From Gemmatimonadaceae bacterium (lineage in GTDB: Bacteria; Gemmatimonadota; Gemmatimonadetes; Gemmatimonadales; Gemmatimonadaceae): 27,317 bases of DNA. The notes below the pieces were generated by a model that was not told the DNA's origin, ran no database searches, and worked only from the letters and a program-made list of their open reading frames with translations. The stretch is from NCBI GenBank assembly GCA_040901985.1, contig JBBDYC010000010.1, forward strand, positions 47,081 to 74,397, given 5' to 3'. The translations under genes were made by a program, and so were the position numbers. Below are positions 7,457-16,891 of this stretch, in pieces (the first letter of the stretch is position 1; the number at the start of each line of letters is the position of its first letter).

Positions 7457-9427
7457 ATGGCCAACGCACCGCAACAGAAGCCCGGCGGAATGGGGCGCGC
7501 ATCGAAGACCCTCTCGCTCTGGATCCTCGCGATCCTCGTGCCGGTGGTCTTCTTCCAGCTGACGTCGTCGCGGAGCGATGACGCGCCGGCGGTGGACTAT
7601 TCCGTGTACGACCAGCAGCTGACTGCCGACAACATCCTGCGCGTGACGGTGATCGGTGGCCGCGAGGTGACGGGGGAGTTCAAGAACCGCGTCCTGATTG
7701 ACGGGCGCGAGGCGCGCAAGTTCTCGACCAAGCTGCCGGTCGCCAACAGCGAGTCGGAGATTGACCGGCTGCGGGCGCGCAACGTCGCGATCAAGGCCGA
7801 GGACCCGCGGATGAGCATGGTCTCGGTGCTCGTCAGCATCCTGCCCTGGATCCTCATCTTCGGCATCTGGATCTTCCTCTTCCGGCAGATGCAGGCCGGC
7901 GGCAACAAGGCGTTCACGTTCGGGAAGTCCAAGGCGAAGCTCCTCACCGGCGACACGCCCAAGGTGACGTTCGCCGACGTCGCCGGCGCCGACGAGGCGA
8001 AGGTCGAGCTGGTGGAGATCATCGAGTTCCTGAAGGATCCGGCCCGGTTCACCAAGCTGGGCGGGCGGCTGCCGAAGGGTGCACTCCTCGTCGGCCCGCC
8101 GGGCACCGGCAAGACGCTCCTCGCGCGCGCCGTGGCCGGCGAGGCGGGGCGGCCGTTCTTCTCGATGTCCGGCTCCGACTTCGTCGAGATGTTTGTCGGA
8201 GTGGGCGCATCGCGCGTGCGCGACCTGTTCGAGCAGGGGAAGGCGAGCGCGCCCTGCATCATCTTCATTGACGAGATTGACGCCGTCGGGCGGCACCGGG
8301 GCGCCGGACTCGGCGGCGGGCACGACGAGCGCGAGCAGACGCTCAACCAGCTGCTCGTCGAGATGGACGGCTTCGAGTCGAACGACGGCGTGATCCTGAT
8401 CGCGGCGACGAATCGGCCCGACGTGCTCGACCCCGCGCTCCTGCGCCCGGGCCGGTTCGACCGGCAGATTGTGGTGGACGCGCCCGACCTGCGCGGCCGC
8501 GAGGGGATCCTCAAGGTCCATATCCGGAACAAGCCGCTCGCCGCCGACGTGGACATCCACCGGCTGGCCCGCGGCACGCCGGGAATGGCCGGCGCCGACC
8601 TGGCGAACCTGGTGAACGAGGCGGCGCTGCTCGCGGCGCGGAACAACCACGACAAGATCTACATGGTGGATTTTGAGGACGCGAAGGACCGCGTGATGCT
8701 GGGCGCCGAGCGGAAGTCGCTCGTGATGAAGGAGGAGGAGCGCCGGCTCACCGCGTACCACGAGGGCGGCCACGCGGTCTGCGCGATCCGCGTGAAGGGG
8801 AACGACCCGTTGCACAAGGTGACGATCGTGCCGCGTGGGCGGGCGCTCGGCCTGGCGTTCACGCTGCCCGAGGATGACCGGGTGAGCGTGACGCGCGAGC
8901 AGCTGGAGGCGCGCCTGGTGATGGCCTACGGCGGACGGGTGGCCGAGGAGATCGTCTTCGGCCGCGACCACGTCACCACCGGCGCGTCGAGCGACATCCA
9001 GTTCGCCACCGGCCTCGCGCGGCGCTACGTCTCGCAGTGGGGGCTCTCCGACGCGATCGGCCCGATCCTCGTCGGCGACAACGAGCAGGAGATCTTCCTC
9101 GGCCGCGAACTGACCAGCCGCCGCACGGTCTCCGAGCGGACGGCGCAGCAGGTGGACGACGAGGTGGCGCGGGTGATCAATGAGGCGTACAACCGCGCCG
9201 CCGATACGATCACGAAGCACCGCGACCTGCTCGACCGGATCGCCGCCGCGCTGCTCGAGCGGGAGACGCTGACGCGCGAGGACATCGCGCTGCTCGAGAA
9301 GGGCGAGGCGCTGCCGCCGCGGAGCGATCCGCCCTCCGCACTGCCGACGCCGGAGAAGCCGGCGGGCGCGACGGAGCCGCGCCGGGTGCCGCCGCTCCTC
9401 GGTGGCCCCGAGCCGTCGCCGGCCTGA
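7457..9427 (+). CDS. ftsH: ATP-dependent zinc metalloprotease FtsH
   Basis: Two TM segments; Walker A GPPGTGKT; Walker [32 protein letters not shown]; zinc motif HEGGH. Confidence 0.98.
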   Translation: MANAPQQKPGGMGRASKTLSLWILAILVPVVFFQLTSSRSDDAPAVDYSVYDQQLTADNILRVTVIGGREVTGEFKNRVLIDGREARKFSTKLPVANSESEIDRLRARNVAIKAEDPRMSMVSVLVSILPWILIFGIWIFLFRQMQAGGNKAFTFGKSKAKLLTGDTPKVTFADVAGADEAKVELVEIIEFLKDPARFTKLGGRLPKGALLVGPPGTGKTLLARAVAGEAGRPFFSMSGSDFVEMFVGVGASRVRDLFEQGKASAPCIIFIDEIDAVGRHRGAGLGGGHDEREQTLNQLLVEMDGFESNDGVILIAATNRPDVLDPALLRPGRFDRQIVVDAPDLRGREGILKVHIRNKPLAADVDIHRLARGTPGMAGADLANLVNEAALLAARNNHDKIYMVDFEDAKDRVMLGAERKSLVMKEEERRLTAYHEGGHAVCAIRVKGNDPLHKVTIVPRGRALGLAFTLPEDDRVSVTREQLEARLVMAYGGRVAEEIVFGRDHVTTGASSDIQFATGLARRYVSQWGLSDAIGPILVGDNEQEIFLGRELTSRRTVSERTAQQVDDEVARVINEAYNRAADTITKHRDLLDRIAAALLERETLTREDIALLEKGEALPPRSDPPSALPTPEKPAGATEPRRVPPLLGGPEPSPA

Positions 9428-9515
9428 GCGCGCACAACCTTTCGGCGGCGGACGGGCTCCCGGCGGTGGTCCGGGCTCGGGTGGAGCCGTCGCTGCGCTG
9501 AGCGGCGCACTTTCG

Positions 9516-9539
9516 CGGGGCGTCAACGCCCCGTAATTT
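9516..9539 (+). promoter_or_regulatory. Inverted repeat CGGGGCGT-CA-ACGCCCCG next to a putative -10 (TAATTT) for yggS
   Basis: Perfect 8-bp inverted repeat at 9516-9533; TAATTT at 9534-9539, 8 nt before ATG 9548; no SD. Confidence 0.4.
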
Positions 9540-9547
9540 CACGCGTT

Positions 9548-10246
9548 ATGCGCTTTTCAGGGCTCGCCGAACGGGTGGCCGAGGTCCGCGGCCGGATCAC
9601 CGAGTCGGCGCGTCGCGGTGGCCACGGCCAGTCGGTGCGGCTGGTGGCGGTGACCAAGACGCACGGCCCGGATGCGGTGTTGGCGGCGTGGGAGGCCGGC
9701 ATCACCGATGTCGGGGAGAACAAGGTGCAGGAGGCGACGCAGAAGCAGGACGCGTTGCGCGACGCCGGGACGGCGCCGGCGGGGCTTCGCTGGCACCTGA
9801 TCGGGCACCTGCAGACGAACAAGGTGAAGGCGCTGGCGCGATTCGCGCTGTTCCACGCGCTCGACCGTGCTCGGCTGGCCGATGCGGCGGCGGCGGAGGC
9901 GGCGAAGGCGGGGACGCCGTGCGACGTGCTGGTGCAGGTGAACGTGTCGCGCGAGGCGTCCAAGGGCGGGTACGAACCGGCGGAGCTGCCGGCGGAGGCG
10001 GAGCGGCTGGTGACGTTGCGTGCGCTCCGGGTGCGTGGCGTGATGACGATGGCGCCGCTCGACGCCGACGAGGCGACGCTGCGGACGGTGTTCGGGGGGG
10101 CGCGCGACGCCCTCGCGGTGATGCGCGCGGCGGGACACGAGGCAACGGAGCTCTCGATGGGGATGAGCGGCGACTACGAGATTGCGGTCGAGGAGGGCGC
10201 CACACTGGTCCGACTGGGCACCGTCCTGTTCGGCACAAGGAGCTGA
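9548..10246 (+). CDS. yggS: YggS family pyridoxal-phosphate homeostasis protein
   Basis: LVAVTK (PLP lysine), GENKVQE, WHLIGHLQTNK, LSMGMSGD, VRLGTVLFG. Confidence 0.95.
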   Translation: MRFSGLAERVAEVRGRITESARRGGHGQSVRLVAVTKTHGPDAVLAAWEAGITDVGENKVQEATQKQDALRDAGTAPAGLRWHLIGHLQTNKVKALARFALFHALDRARLADAAAAEAAKAGTPCDVLVQVNVSREASKGGYEPAELPAEAERLVTLRALRVRGVMTMAPLDADEATLRTVFGGARDALAVMRAAGHEATELSMGMSGDYEIAVEEGATLVRLGTVLFGTRS

Positions 10247-10250
10247 GGAC

Positions 10251-10751
10251 ATGGAGACCGAGGACACCTTTCATCTCACGCCGGTGGATGTGCGCCGGTT
10301 CGACTTTGGGTCCGCGTTGCGCGGCTACGACCGCGCGCGCGTGGACCAGTTCCGCGACCAGGTCGCCGACGAGTTCGAGCGCCTGCTGCGCGCCAATGCA
10401 GACCTCGAGACGAAGATGCGGAGCTTCCACGAGCAGTTGAAGTCGTTCCGCGACCGCGACAAGGCGATCAACGAGGCGCTCGTCAGCGCCCAGCAGCTGC
10501 GCGAGGACGTCAAGGACCAAGCGACGCGCGAAGGCGACCTGATCCTGCGCGAGGCGCAGGCGAAGGCCGAGCAGCTGACCGAGTCGGCGCGCGGCCAGGT
10601 GGCGACGCTGATGCGCGAGATCGAGTCGCTCGACCGCTCGCGCCGCGCCTACCTCGCCCAGCTGCGGACGCTCGCCGAGCGCCACCTCTCGGAGGTCAGC
10701 GTGCTCGAGCAGATCGCCGTCCCGGCGCCCGAGAGCGGGCGCGGGAAGTAG
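10251..10751 (+). CDS. divIVA: DivIVA domain protein
   Basis: LTPVDVRRFDFGSALRGYDRARVDQF signature followed by a coiled coil; AGGAG/GAGG upstream of ATG 10251. Confidence 0.9.
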   Translation: METEDTFHLTPVDVRRFDFGSALRGYDRARVDQFRDQVADEFERLLRANADLETKMRSFHEQLKSFRDRDKAINEALVSAQQLREDVKDQATREGDLILREAQAKAEQLTESARGQVATLMREIESLDRSRRAYLAQLRTLAERHLSEVSVLEQIAVPAPESGRGK

Positions 10752-10755
10752 GCGC

Positions 10756-13700
10756 GTGGCCGTCGCCGTCCCGCGCACGCGCTACCGGACGATCCCGCCG
10801 GAGCTCACCGCCGACGCGCTCGAGCGCGAGGTCGGCGACCGCTGGACGCGGGACGGCGTCTTTGCCGCGTCGCAGGCCGCGCGCGCCGACGCGCCGACCT
10901 GGGTCTTCTACGAAGGCCCGCCCACGGCGAACGGCCGGCCCGGGATCCACCACGTCTTCTCGCGCACGCTGAAGGACCTCTTCTGCCGCCATCGGGCGAT
11001 GACCGGCCACTTCGTCCCGCGGAAGGCGGGATGGGACACGCACGGTCTCCCGGTCGAGATCGAAGTCGAAAAGGCGCTCGGCATCTCGGGCAAGCAGGAC
11101 ATCGAGCGGATCGGCGTCGCCGAGTTCAACCGGCGCTGCCGCGAGAGCGTCTGGACCTACAAGGGCGACTGGGAGCAGCTCAGCGCGCGGATGGGCTACT
11201 GGCTCGACTACGCCGACCCATACGTCACCTACTCGAACGCCTACGTCGAGAGCGTGTGGTGGGCGCTCAAGACGCTGTACACGAAAGGCCTCCTCTACCA
11301 GGGGCACAAGATCCTGCCGTACTGCGCGCGCTGCGGAACGGCGCTGAGTTCGCACGAGCTGGCGCAGGGGTACGAGGACGTCGAGGATCCCTCGGTCTAC
11401 GTCGCGCTCGACCTTGAGGCGAAGGGAGGACGGGGCGGGAAGAAGGTGCGCCGTCGGATCATCGTCTGGACGACGACGCCCTGGACGCTCGTCTCCAACG
11501 TGGCGCTGGCGGTGAATCCGTCGCTCACCTACGTCGAGTTGCGCAAGAAGGCGGTCAAGGACTGGACCATCATCCTCGCCGAGGCGCGCGCGGGGGCGGT
11601 GCTCGGGGCCGACTTCGCGGACCGCTGGGACACGATCGGGACGCTGGCGGGCGCCGACCTCGTCGGCCTGCGCTACCGCCGACCGCTCGACTGGGTGGAG
11701 TACCCGGACACCGGCGCCCACGAGGTGATCGTCGGCGAGGAGTTCGTCTCCGCCGAGGACGGGTCGGGGGTCGTGCATATGGCGCCCGCGTTCGGCGCCG
11801 ACGACTACGCGGCGGCCCAGCGGCACGGGCTCGCCTTCGTCAATCCGGTGGACGCGCGGGGCGAGTTTCCGGCGGCGATGCCGGTCGTCGGCGGCAAGTT
11901 CGTCAAGGATGCCGACGCGGCGATCGTCGAGGAACTCCGTGCACGCGACCAACTCTGGAAGGAGCAGCGGCTCGTCCACTCGTATCCCCACTGCTGGCGC
12001 TGCGGCACGCCGCTGCTCTACTACGCGCGCACGAGCTGGTTCGTGCGGACGACGGCATTCCGCGACGCGATGCTGGCCCGGAACGCCGCGGTGAACTGGA
12101 CGCCGCCCGAAATGGGGTCGGGACGGTTCGGCAGCTGGCTGGAGCACAACATTGACTGGGCAATCAGCCGCGACCGCTATTGGGGCTCGCCGCTCCCGGT
12201 CTGGATCAACGACGCCGACCCGGACGAGGTCGAGGTGATCGGGTCGTACGCCGAGCTCGCGGCGAAGGTGGGGGAGGCGCTGCCGACGGACTTCGACCCG
12301 CACAAGCCGCAGGTGGACACCTACACCTGGCCGGCGCCGAGCGGCACCGGCACGATGCGGCGCGTGAACGAGGTGATTGACGCCTGGTTCGACTCGGGCT
12401 CGATGCCGTTCGCGCAGTGGGGCTACCCGCACCAGGCGGGGAGCGCCGAGCGGCTCGCGCACCACTTCCCGGCCGACTACATCGCCGAGGGGGTGGACCA
12501 GACGCGGGGGTGGTTCTACTCGCTGCTGGCGATCGCGACCGGCCTCGGTGATGCGCTGCCGAACAACGGCGATGCGTCGGCGGCGCCGTATAGGGCGGTG
12601 CTCGTGAACGACCTCGTGCTCGACGCCGCCGGCCAGAAGATGTCGAAGTCGCGCGGCAACACGGTGGACCCGGCGGCGGTGCTGGCGCGCCACGGCGCCG
12701 ACGCGGTGCGGCTCTTCCTGGTGTCGAGCGCGCAGGTCTGGGTGCCGCGGCGGTTCGACGAGGCGGTCCTTCGCGAGACGGCGGGGCGCTTTCTCGTCAC
12801 GCTCCGGAACGTCTACAGCGGGATCTTCGCGCAGTACGCCAACTTCGGCTGGTCGCCGTCGGCGCAGGACCCGCCGCCCGCTGAGCGGCCGGTGCTCGAT
12901 CGCTGGGTGCTGAGCGAGCTGGCGCACGTGGAGCGGTCGGTGGACGCGGCGCTGGAGCGGTTCGACGCCACCGGCGCCGCGCGCACGCTGATGGAGTTCG
13001 TGACGGAGGGCGTCGCCAACTGGTATGTGCGGTTGTCGCGTGCGCGTTTCTATGCGGTGGACGGCGCCGACAACCGCGCCGCATTCGCCACGTTGCACGA
13101 GGTGCTCGTCGTCGTCTCCCGGTTGCTGGCGCCGGTGGCGCCCTACCTGAGCGACTGGATGCATATGGAATTGACCGGGACATCAGTGCATCTTGCGCCC
13201 TTCGCGCGGCGCCCCGGGGCGCCGGCTGACGATGGGCGCGGCCTGCGCGACGCGATGACGGCGGCGCGCACGCTGGCGACGCTCGGCCGTGCGGCGCGCG
13301 AGGAAGCAGGGATCAAGGTGCGGCAGCCGCTCGGCGCGCTGACCTGCGTGGCGCCGGCCGTGACGGCCGAGTGGCAGGTGGTGATTGCGCCGATCGTCGC
13401 CGCCGAACTGAACGTGAAGCAGGTGAGCTTTGCCGATTCGGCGGCGGACTGGGTGCAACTCGGGGGGCGGCCGAACTTCCCCGTGCTGGGGAAGGTGCTG
13501 GGCGGCGCGATGAAGGCCGCCAAGCCGCTGGTCGAGGGACTCGGCCAGGATGCGTTGCGCACGATCGAGCAGGGGGGCAGCGTGGAAGTGGACGTGCCGG
13601 GCCACGGCGCGCTGACGCTTGACGCGTCGCGGGTGTCAATTACCGCGCGTGCCTCGTCGGCGTTCGTGGTGCAGCAGGGGCAGGGACTCTCGGTGGCGCT

Positions 13701-14001
13701 CGATCCGGCGGTGACGCCGGCGCTCCGGGCGGAAGGGATGGCGCGGGAAGTGGTGAGTCGCGTGCAGCGATTGCGGAAGGAGGCCGGCCTCGAGGTGAGC
13801 GACCGGATCCGGCTCGCGGTGGCGGCGCCGGCCGAGGTGCAGGAGGCGCTGCGCGGTCACAGCGCCTGGATGGCGGGTGAAGTGCTTGCGCGGGAGCTCA
13901 TCCTCGGGGAGGAGCTGCCCGCGACCCCAGCGTGGTCGGCGGATGCCGAGGTGGATCTCGACGGGCCGATGGCGCGCATTGCTCTTACCAAGGACAGCTG
14001 A
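10756..14001 (+). CDS. ileS: Isoleucine--tRNA ligase, type 2 (long C-terminus)
   Basis: EGPPTANGRPGIHH, GWDTHGLP, WTTTPWT, HCWRC, DWAISRDRYWG, EGVDQTRGWF, KMSKS; type 2 C-terminal AREVVSRVQRLRK...DRI. Confidence 0.96.
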   Translation: MAVAVPRTRYRTIPPELTADALEREVGDRWTRDGVFAASQAARADAPTWVFYEGPPTANGRPGIHHVFSRTLKDLFCRHRAMTGHFVPRKAGWDTHGLPVEIEVEKALGISGKQDIERIGVAEFNRRCRESVWTYKGDWEQLSARMGYWLDYADPYVTYSNAYVESVWWALKTLYTKGLLYQGHKILPYCARCGTALSSHELAQGYEDVEDPSVYVALDLEAKGGRGGKKVRRRIIVWTTTPWTLVSNVALAVNPSLTYVELRKKAVKDWTIILAEARAGAVLGADFADRWDTIGTLAGADLVGLRYRRPLDWVEYPDTGAHEVIVGEEFVSAEDGSGVVHMAPAFGADDYAAAQRHGLAFVNPVDARGEFPAAMPVVGGKFVKDADAAIVEELRARDQLWKEQRLVHSYPHCWRCGTPLLYYARTSWFVRTTAFRDAMLARNAAVNWTPPEMGSGRFGSWLEHNIDWAISRDRYWGSPLPVWINDADPDEVEVIGSYAELAAKVGEALPTDFDPHKPQVDTYTWPAPSGTGTMRRVNEVIDAWFDSGSMPFAQWGYPHQAGSAERLAHHFPADYIAEGVDQTRGWFYSLLAIATGLGDALPNNGDASAAPYRAVLVNDLVLDAAGQKMSKSRGNTVDPAAVLARHGADAVRLFLVSSAQVWVPRRFDEAVLRETAGRFLVTLRNVYSGIFAQYANFGWSPSAQDPPPAERPVLDRWVLSELAHVERSVDAALERFDATGAARTLMEFVTEGVANWYVRLSRARFYAVDGADNRAAFATLHEVLVVVSRLLAPVAPYLSDWMHMELTGTSVHLAPFARRPGAPADDGRGLRDAMTAARTLATLGRAAREEAGIKVRQPLGALTCVAPAVTAEWQVVIAPIVAAELNVKQVSFADSAADWVQLGGRPNFPVLGKVLGGAMKAAKPLVEGLGQDALRTIEQGGSVEVDVPGHGALTLDASRVSITARASSAFVVQQGQGLSVALDPAVTPALRAEGMAREVVSRVQRLRKEAGLEVSDRIRLAVAAPAEVQEALRGHSAWMAGEVLARELILGEELPATPAWSADAEVDLDGPMARIALTKDS

Positions 14002-14003
14002 CG

Positions 14004-14489
14004 ATGCCGACCCAGAAACCTGCGGGCGACAAGGGAGCGAAGGGAGCGAAGGGCGCGAAGGGCGAGAAAGGCGCGAAGGCCGACACGGGCGAGAAGAAAT
14101 TCAAGCCGCTCCCGAAGAAGCAGATTGCGTACTTCGAGAAGCGACTGCTCGACGAGCGACGGCGCGTGCTCAAGGAGCTCGGGCATTACGACGAGACCTT
14201 CGGCAACACGCCGCAGGGCGCCGACGGCGACCTGAGCGCGTACTCGTTCCATATGGCCGACCAGGGCACCGATGCGATGGAGCGCGAGAAGGCGTTCCTC
14301 TTCGCCTCGAAGGAAGGGCGGTTCCTCTGGCACGTGGACCAGGCGTTGCGGCGCCTCTACCGCACGCCCGACGAGTTCGGCAAGTGCCATCAGTGCGGCG
14401 GCGAGATCGCCCACGAGCGGCTCGACGCGCTGCCGCACGCGCGGTTCTGCATTGACTGCAAGACGCGTGAGGAAGATGGGAAGAAGTGA
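14004..14489 (+). CDS. TraR/DksA C4 zinc-finger protein
   Basis: HMADQGTD coiled-coil tip; CHQC-x17-CIDC with ERLDALP; ATG 2 nt after the ileS stop. Confidence 0.88.
   Translation: MPTQKPAGDKGAKGAKGAKGEKGAKADTGEKKFKPLPKKQIAYFEKRLLDERRRVLKELGHYDETFGNTPQGADGDLSAYSFHMADQGTDAMEREKAFLFASKEGRFLWHVDQALRRLYRTPDEFGKCHQCGGEIAHERLDALPHARFCIDCKTREEDGKK
14031..14075 (+). repeat. Five imperfect 9-bp tandem repeats (AAGGGAGCG-like) encoding (KGA/KGE)5
   Basis: aagggagcg aagggagcg aagggcgcg aagggcgag aaaggcgcg, read directly. Confidence 0.8.
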
Positions 14490-15012
14490 GCCGGGCGGCC
14501 TCTCGCGCGCCCGCGTGCTCGCGGTCGTGGCCGGGATCATCGCCCTCGACGTGGTCACCAAGCTTGTCGCGGTGGACCGGTTGGCGCCGATGCACGTGCC
14601 GCATCGTGTCCTCGGCGAGACGCTGCGGCTGACGCTCGTCTACAACCCCGGCGCGGCGTTCGGCCTGCACCTCGGCGCGTGGTCGCGGCCCGCCTTCATC
14701 GTGCTGACGTTCGTCGCGCTCGGGGTCGTCTGGTCGCTGTATCGGTCGAGCGCGCCGACGGCGCGGCTGCGGGTGCTGGCGCTCGCGGCGGTCGCCGGCG
14801 GGGCGATTGGCAACCTGATTGACCGGGTGCGGTCGGCGCGCGGCGTGGTGGACTTCGTGGACATCGGCGTGGGCAGCTGGCGGTGGCCGACGTTCAACGT
14901 GGCCGACTCCGCGGTGACGCTCGGCGCGTTGACGCTGGCGGTCGTGCTCTGGCGCGAGGACGCGGTGGCGGCGCGCCGCGCGCAGGGTGCTGAACGCGCG
15001 CCGCCGTCCTGA
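14476..15012 (+). CDS. lspA: Lipoprotein signal peptidase II
   Basis: DVVTK, NPGAAFG, GGAIGNLIDR, VVDF, FNVADS; ATG 14476 with GAGG upstream. Confidence 0.95.
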   Translation: MGRSEPGGLSRARVLAVVAGIIALDVVTKLVAVDRLAPMHVPHRVLGETLRLTLVYNPGAAFGLHLGAWSRPAFIVLTFVALGVVWSLYRSSAPTARLRVLALAAVAGGAIGNLIDRVRSARGVVDFVDIGVGSWRWPTFNVADSAVTLGALTLAVVLWREDAVAARRAQGAERAPPS

Positions 15013-15013
15013 G

Positions 15014-16012
15014 ATGCGCGACGGGCCGCTGGGTCCCGGGCGCCACCGGTTCACCGCCGGCGAGTCGGAGACCGAACGGCTCGACCTCCTCGTGGCGCGG
15101 CTGACGGGACTCTCGCGGACGCAGGCGGCGACGCTGATCGCGACGCAGAAGGTGGAAGTGGACGGCCGCGTCGAGCGCGCGAGCTTCCGCCCGCCGGCCG
15201 GCGCGCGCGTGGAGGTGGAGATCGCGCCGCCGTCGGGACGGACGATCGTCGGCGAGGACATCCCGTTGCGGATCGTGTTCGAGGACGACGACCTCGTCGT
15301 GGTGGACAAGCCGGCGGGGATGGTCGTCCACCCGGCGCCGGGCAACTGGAGCGGCACGCTCGTCAATGCCTTGATGGGGCGCGGGCAGGGCCTCGCGGCC
15401 GGGGCGGCGCCGGAGCGCGCCGGACTCGTGCATCGGCTCGACAAGGAGACATCCGGCCTGCTCATCGTCGCCAAGTCCGACCGCGCGCTGACGGGGTTGA
15501 GCGCGGCGATTGGCGCGCGGCAGGTCACGCGGCGCTACGCCTGCCTCTGCTGGGGCCATCTCGCGGAGGATCGCCTGACGGTGGATCGCCCGATCTCGCG
15601 CGACCCGAACGACCGCACGCGGATGGCGGCGCGGCCCGAGGGACGCGCGGCGCGGACCGACTTCCTTCGGCTCGCGCGCTTCGAGAGCGTGGACCTCCTG
15701 CGGGCGCACCTCCACTCGGGGCGTACGCACCAGATCCGGGTGCACTTGATGGCCATCGGCCACCCGGTGGTGGGCGACGACAGCTACGGAGGTGGCGGGG
15801 GCCGCCGCCTCGTCGGGCTGGCCCCGAAGCGACATTTTCTCCACGCGGCCTGGCTCGTCTTCAAGCACCCGGTGTCGGGGGATACGCTGGACCTCCGCTC
15901 TCCCTTGCCGGACGATCTCAAGCGGTCGCTCGCGCAAGTGGCGGGAGATCCGACGCTGTTTGCCCACCCCGACCCGCTGGAGTACTTTGACTTCTATAGA
16001 GCGACCGACTGA
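15014..16012 (+). CDS. rluD: RluA-family pseudouridine synthase with S4 domain (RluD-like)
   Basis: S4-like RLD...SR; DKPAGMVVHP; catalytic HRLDKETSG; GRTHQIRVH; HPVVGD; LHA. Confidence 0.92.
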   Translation: MRDGPLGPGRHRFTAGESETERLDLLVARLTGLSRTQAATLIATQKVEVDGRVERASFRPPAGARVEVEIAPPSGRTIVGEDIPLRIVFEDDDLVVVDKPAGMVVHPAPGNWSGTLVNALMGRGQGLAAGAAPERAGLVHRLDKETSGLLIVAKSDRALTGLSAAIGARQVTRRYACLCWGHLAEDRLTVDRPISRDPNDRTRMAARPEGRAARTDFLRLARFESVDLLRAHLHSGRTHQIRVHLMAIGHPVVGDDSYGGGGGRRLVGLAPKRHFLHAAWLVFKHPVSGDTLDLRSPLPDDLKRSLAQVAGDPTLFAHPDPLEYFDFYRATD

Positions 16013-16448
16013 GACGGTGGGCGGTGGCGAGGGCCGGCGCTACCTGTTGGCGCGGGCGGCGGACCAGCGGGTCGCGTTCCCGTTGGACGCGGTGCGGGAA
16101 ATCATCCCGCCCCGTGTGCTCACGCGGCTGCCGGGGGCCGGGGCGTGGGTTCTCGGCCTGCTCAATCTGCGCGGGTTGGTGCTGACGGTGGTGGATCTCA
16201 CCGTGCGGTTCGGCGGGACGCCGGGCGACTCGCCCTCGATTGTGGTGCTTGAGATGGACGGCCGGCTGCTCGGCGTACAGGTAACGGCGGTGTCGGCGGT
16301 GTCGGCGTCGGCGGACGGGACCGAGGCCGCGGTGGACGACGCCCGGTCGGCCGAGGGGCTGGTGCGCGGGCTGGTGGAGGTGCCCGGTGGGACGGCATTG
16401 GTGATTGACGTGAAGGCCCTGCAGCACGCGGCGCTCGCCGCGGTCTGA
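15987..16448 (+). CDS. cheW: CheW coupling protein (start is TTG 15987 or GTG 16017)
   Basis: VREII, TRLPGAGAWVLGLLNLRGLVLTVVDL; GGAG just upstream of TTG 15987. Confidence 0.88.
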   Translation: MTSIERPTETVGGGEGRRYLLARAADQRVAFPLDAVREIIPPRVLTRLPGAGAWVLGLLNLRGLVLTVVDLTVRFGGTPGDSPSIVVLEMDGRLLGVQVTAVSAVSASADGTEAAVDDARSAEGLVRGLVEVPGGTALVIDVKALQHAALAAV

Positions 16449-16489
16449 GCAGGGCGACAACTCGACCTTTCGACAGACTGGGGGACGGC

Positions 16490-16852
16490 GTGGCTCCGAC
16501 GGTGCTCATCTGCGATGACGCGATCTTCATGCGCACCATGGTCGGCGACATCCTGCAACAGGCGGGATTCGAGATCGTGGGGGAGGCGGAGACCGGAACG
16601 CAGGCCGTCGAGCGCTACAAGGCGCTGCGTCCGGACCTCGTGACGATGGATATCGTGATGCCCGATATGGGCGGGATCGACGCGGTCCGCGAGATCACGA
16701 AGTTCGACCCGAACGCGCGCGTGTTGATGTGCAGCGCGATGGGCCAGCAGTCGCTGGTCGTCGAGGCGATCCAGGCCGGGGCCAAGGACTTCGTGGTGAA
16801 GCCGTTCCAGCCGAGCCGCGTGCTGGAAGCGGTCCAGCGGGTCCTTGGCTGA
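16490..16852 (+). CDS. cheY: Single-domain response regulator CheY
   Basis: ICDDAIFMR, phosphoacceptor region DLVTMDIVMP, MCSA, KPF; 120 aa; resembles Bacillus/Thermotoga CheY. Confidence 0.92.
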   Translation: MAPTVLICDDAIFMRTMVGDILQQAGFEIVGEAETGTQAVERYKALRPDLVTMDIVMPDMGGIDAVREITKFDPNARVLMCSAMGQQSLVVEAIQAGAKDFVVKPFQPSRVLEAVQRVLG

Positions 16853-16891
16853 CCGCGCGGCCGCCCCCGAGCGCCGTTCCCGGCCCCCCGC

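Noticed and set aside
9428..9510. Rho-independent terminator after ftsH
   Set aside because: A GC-rich imperfect stem is possible (GACGGGCTCC...GGAGCCGTC), but there is no U-tract directly after it.
10740..10760. T-box riboswitch before ileS
   Set aside because: Only 4 nt separate divIVA and ileS.
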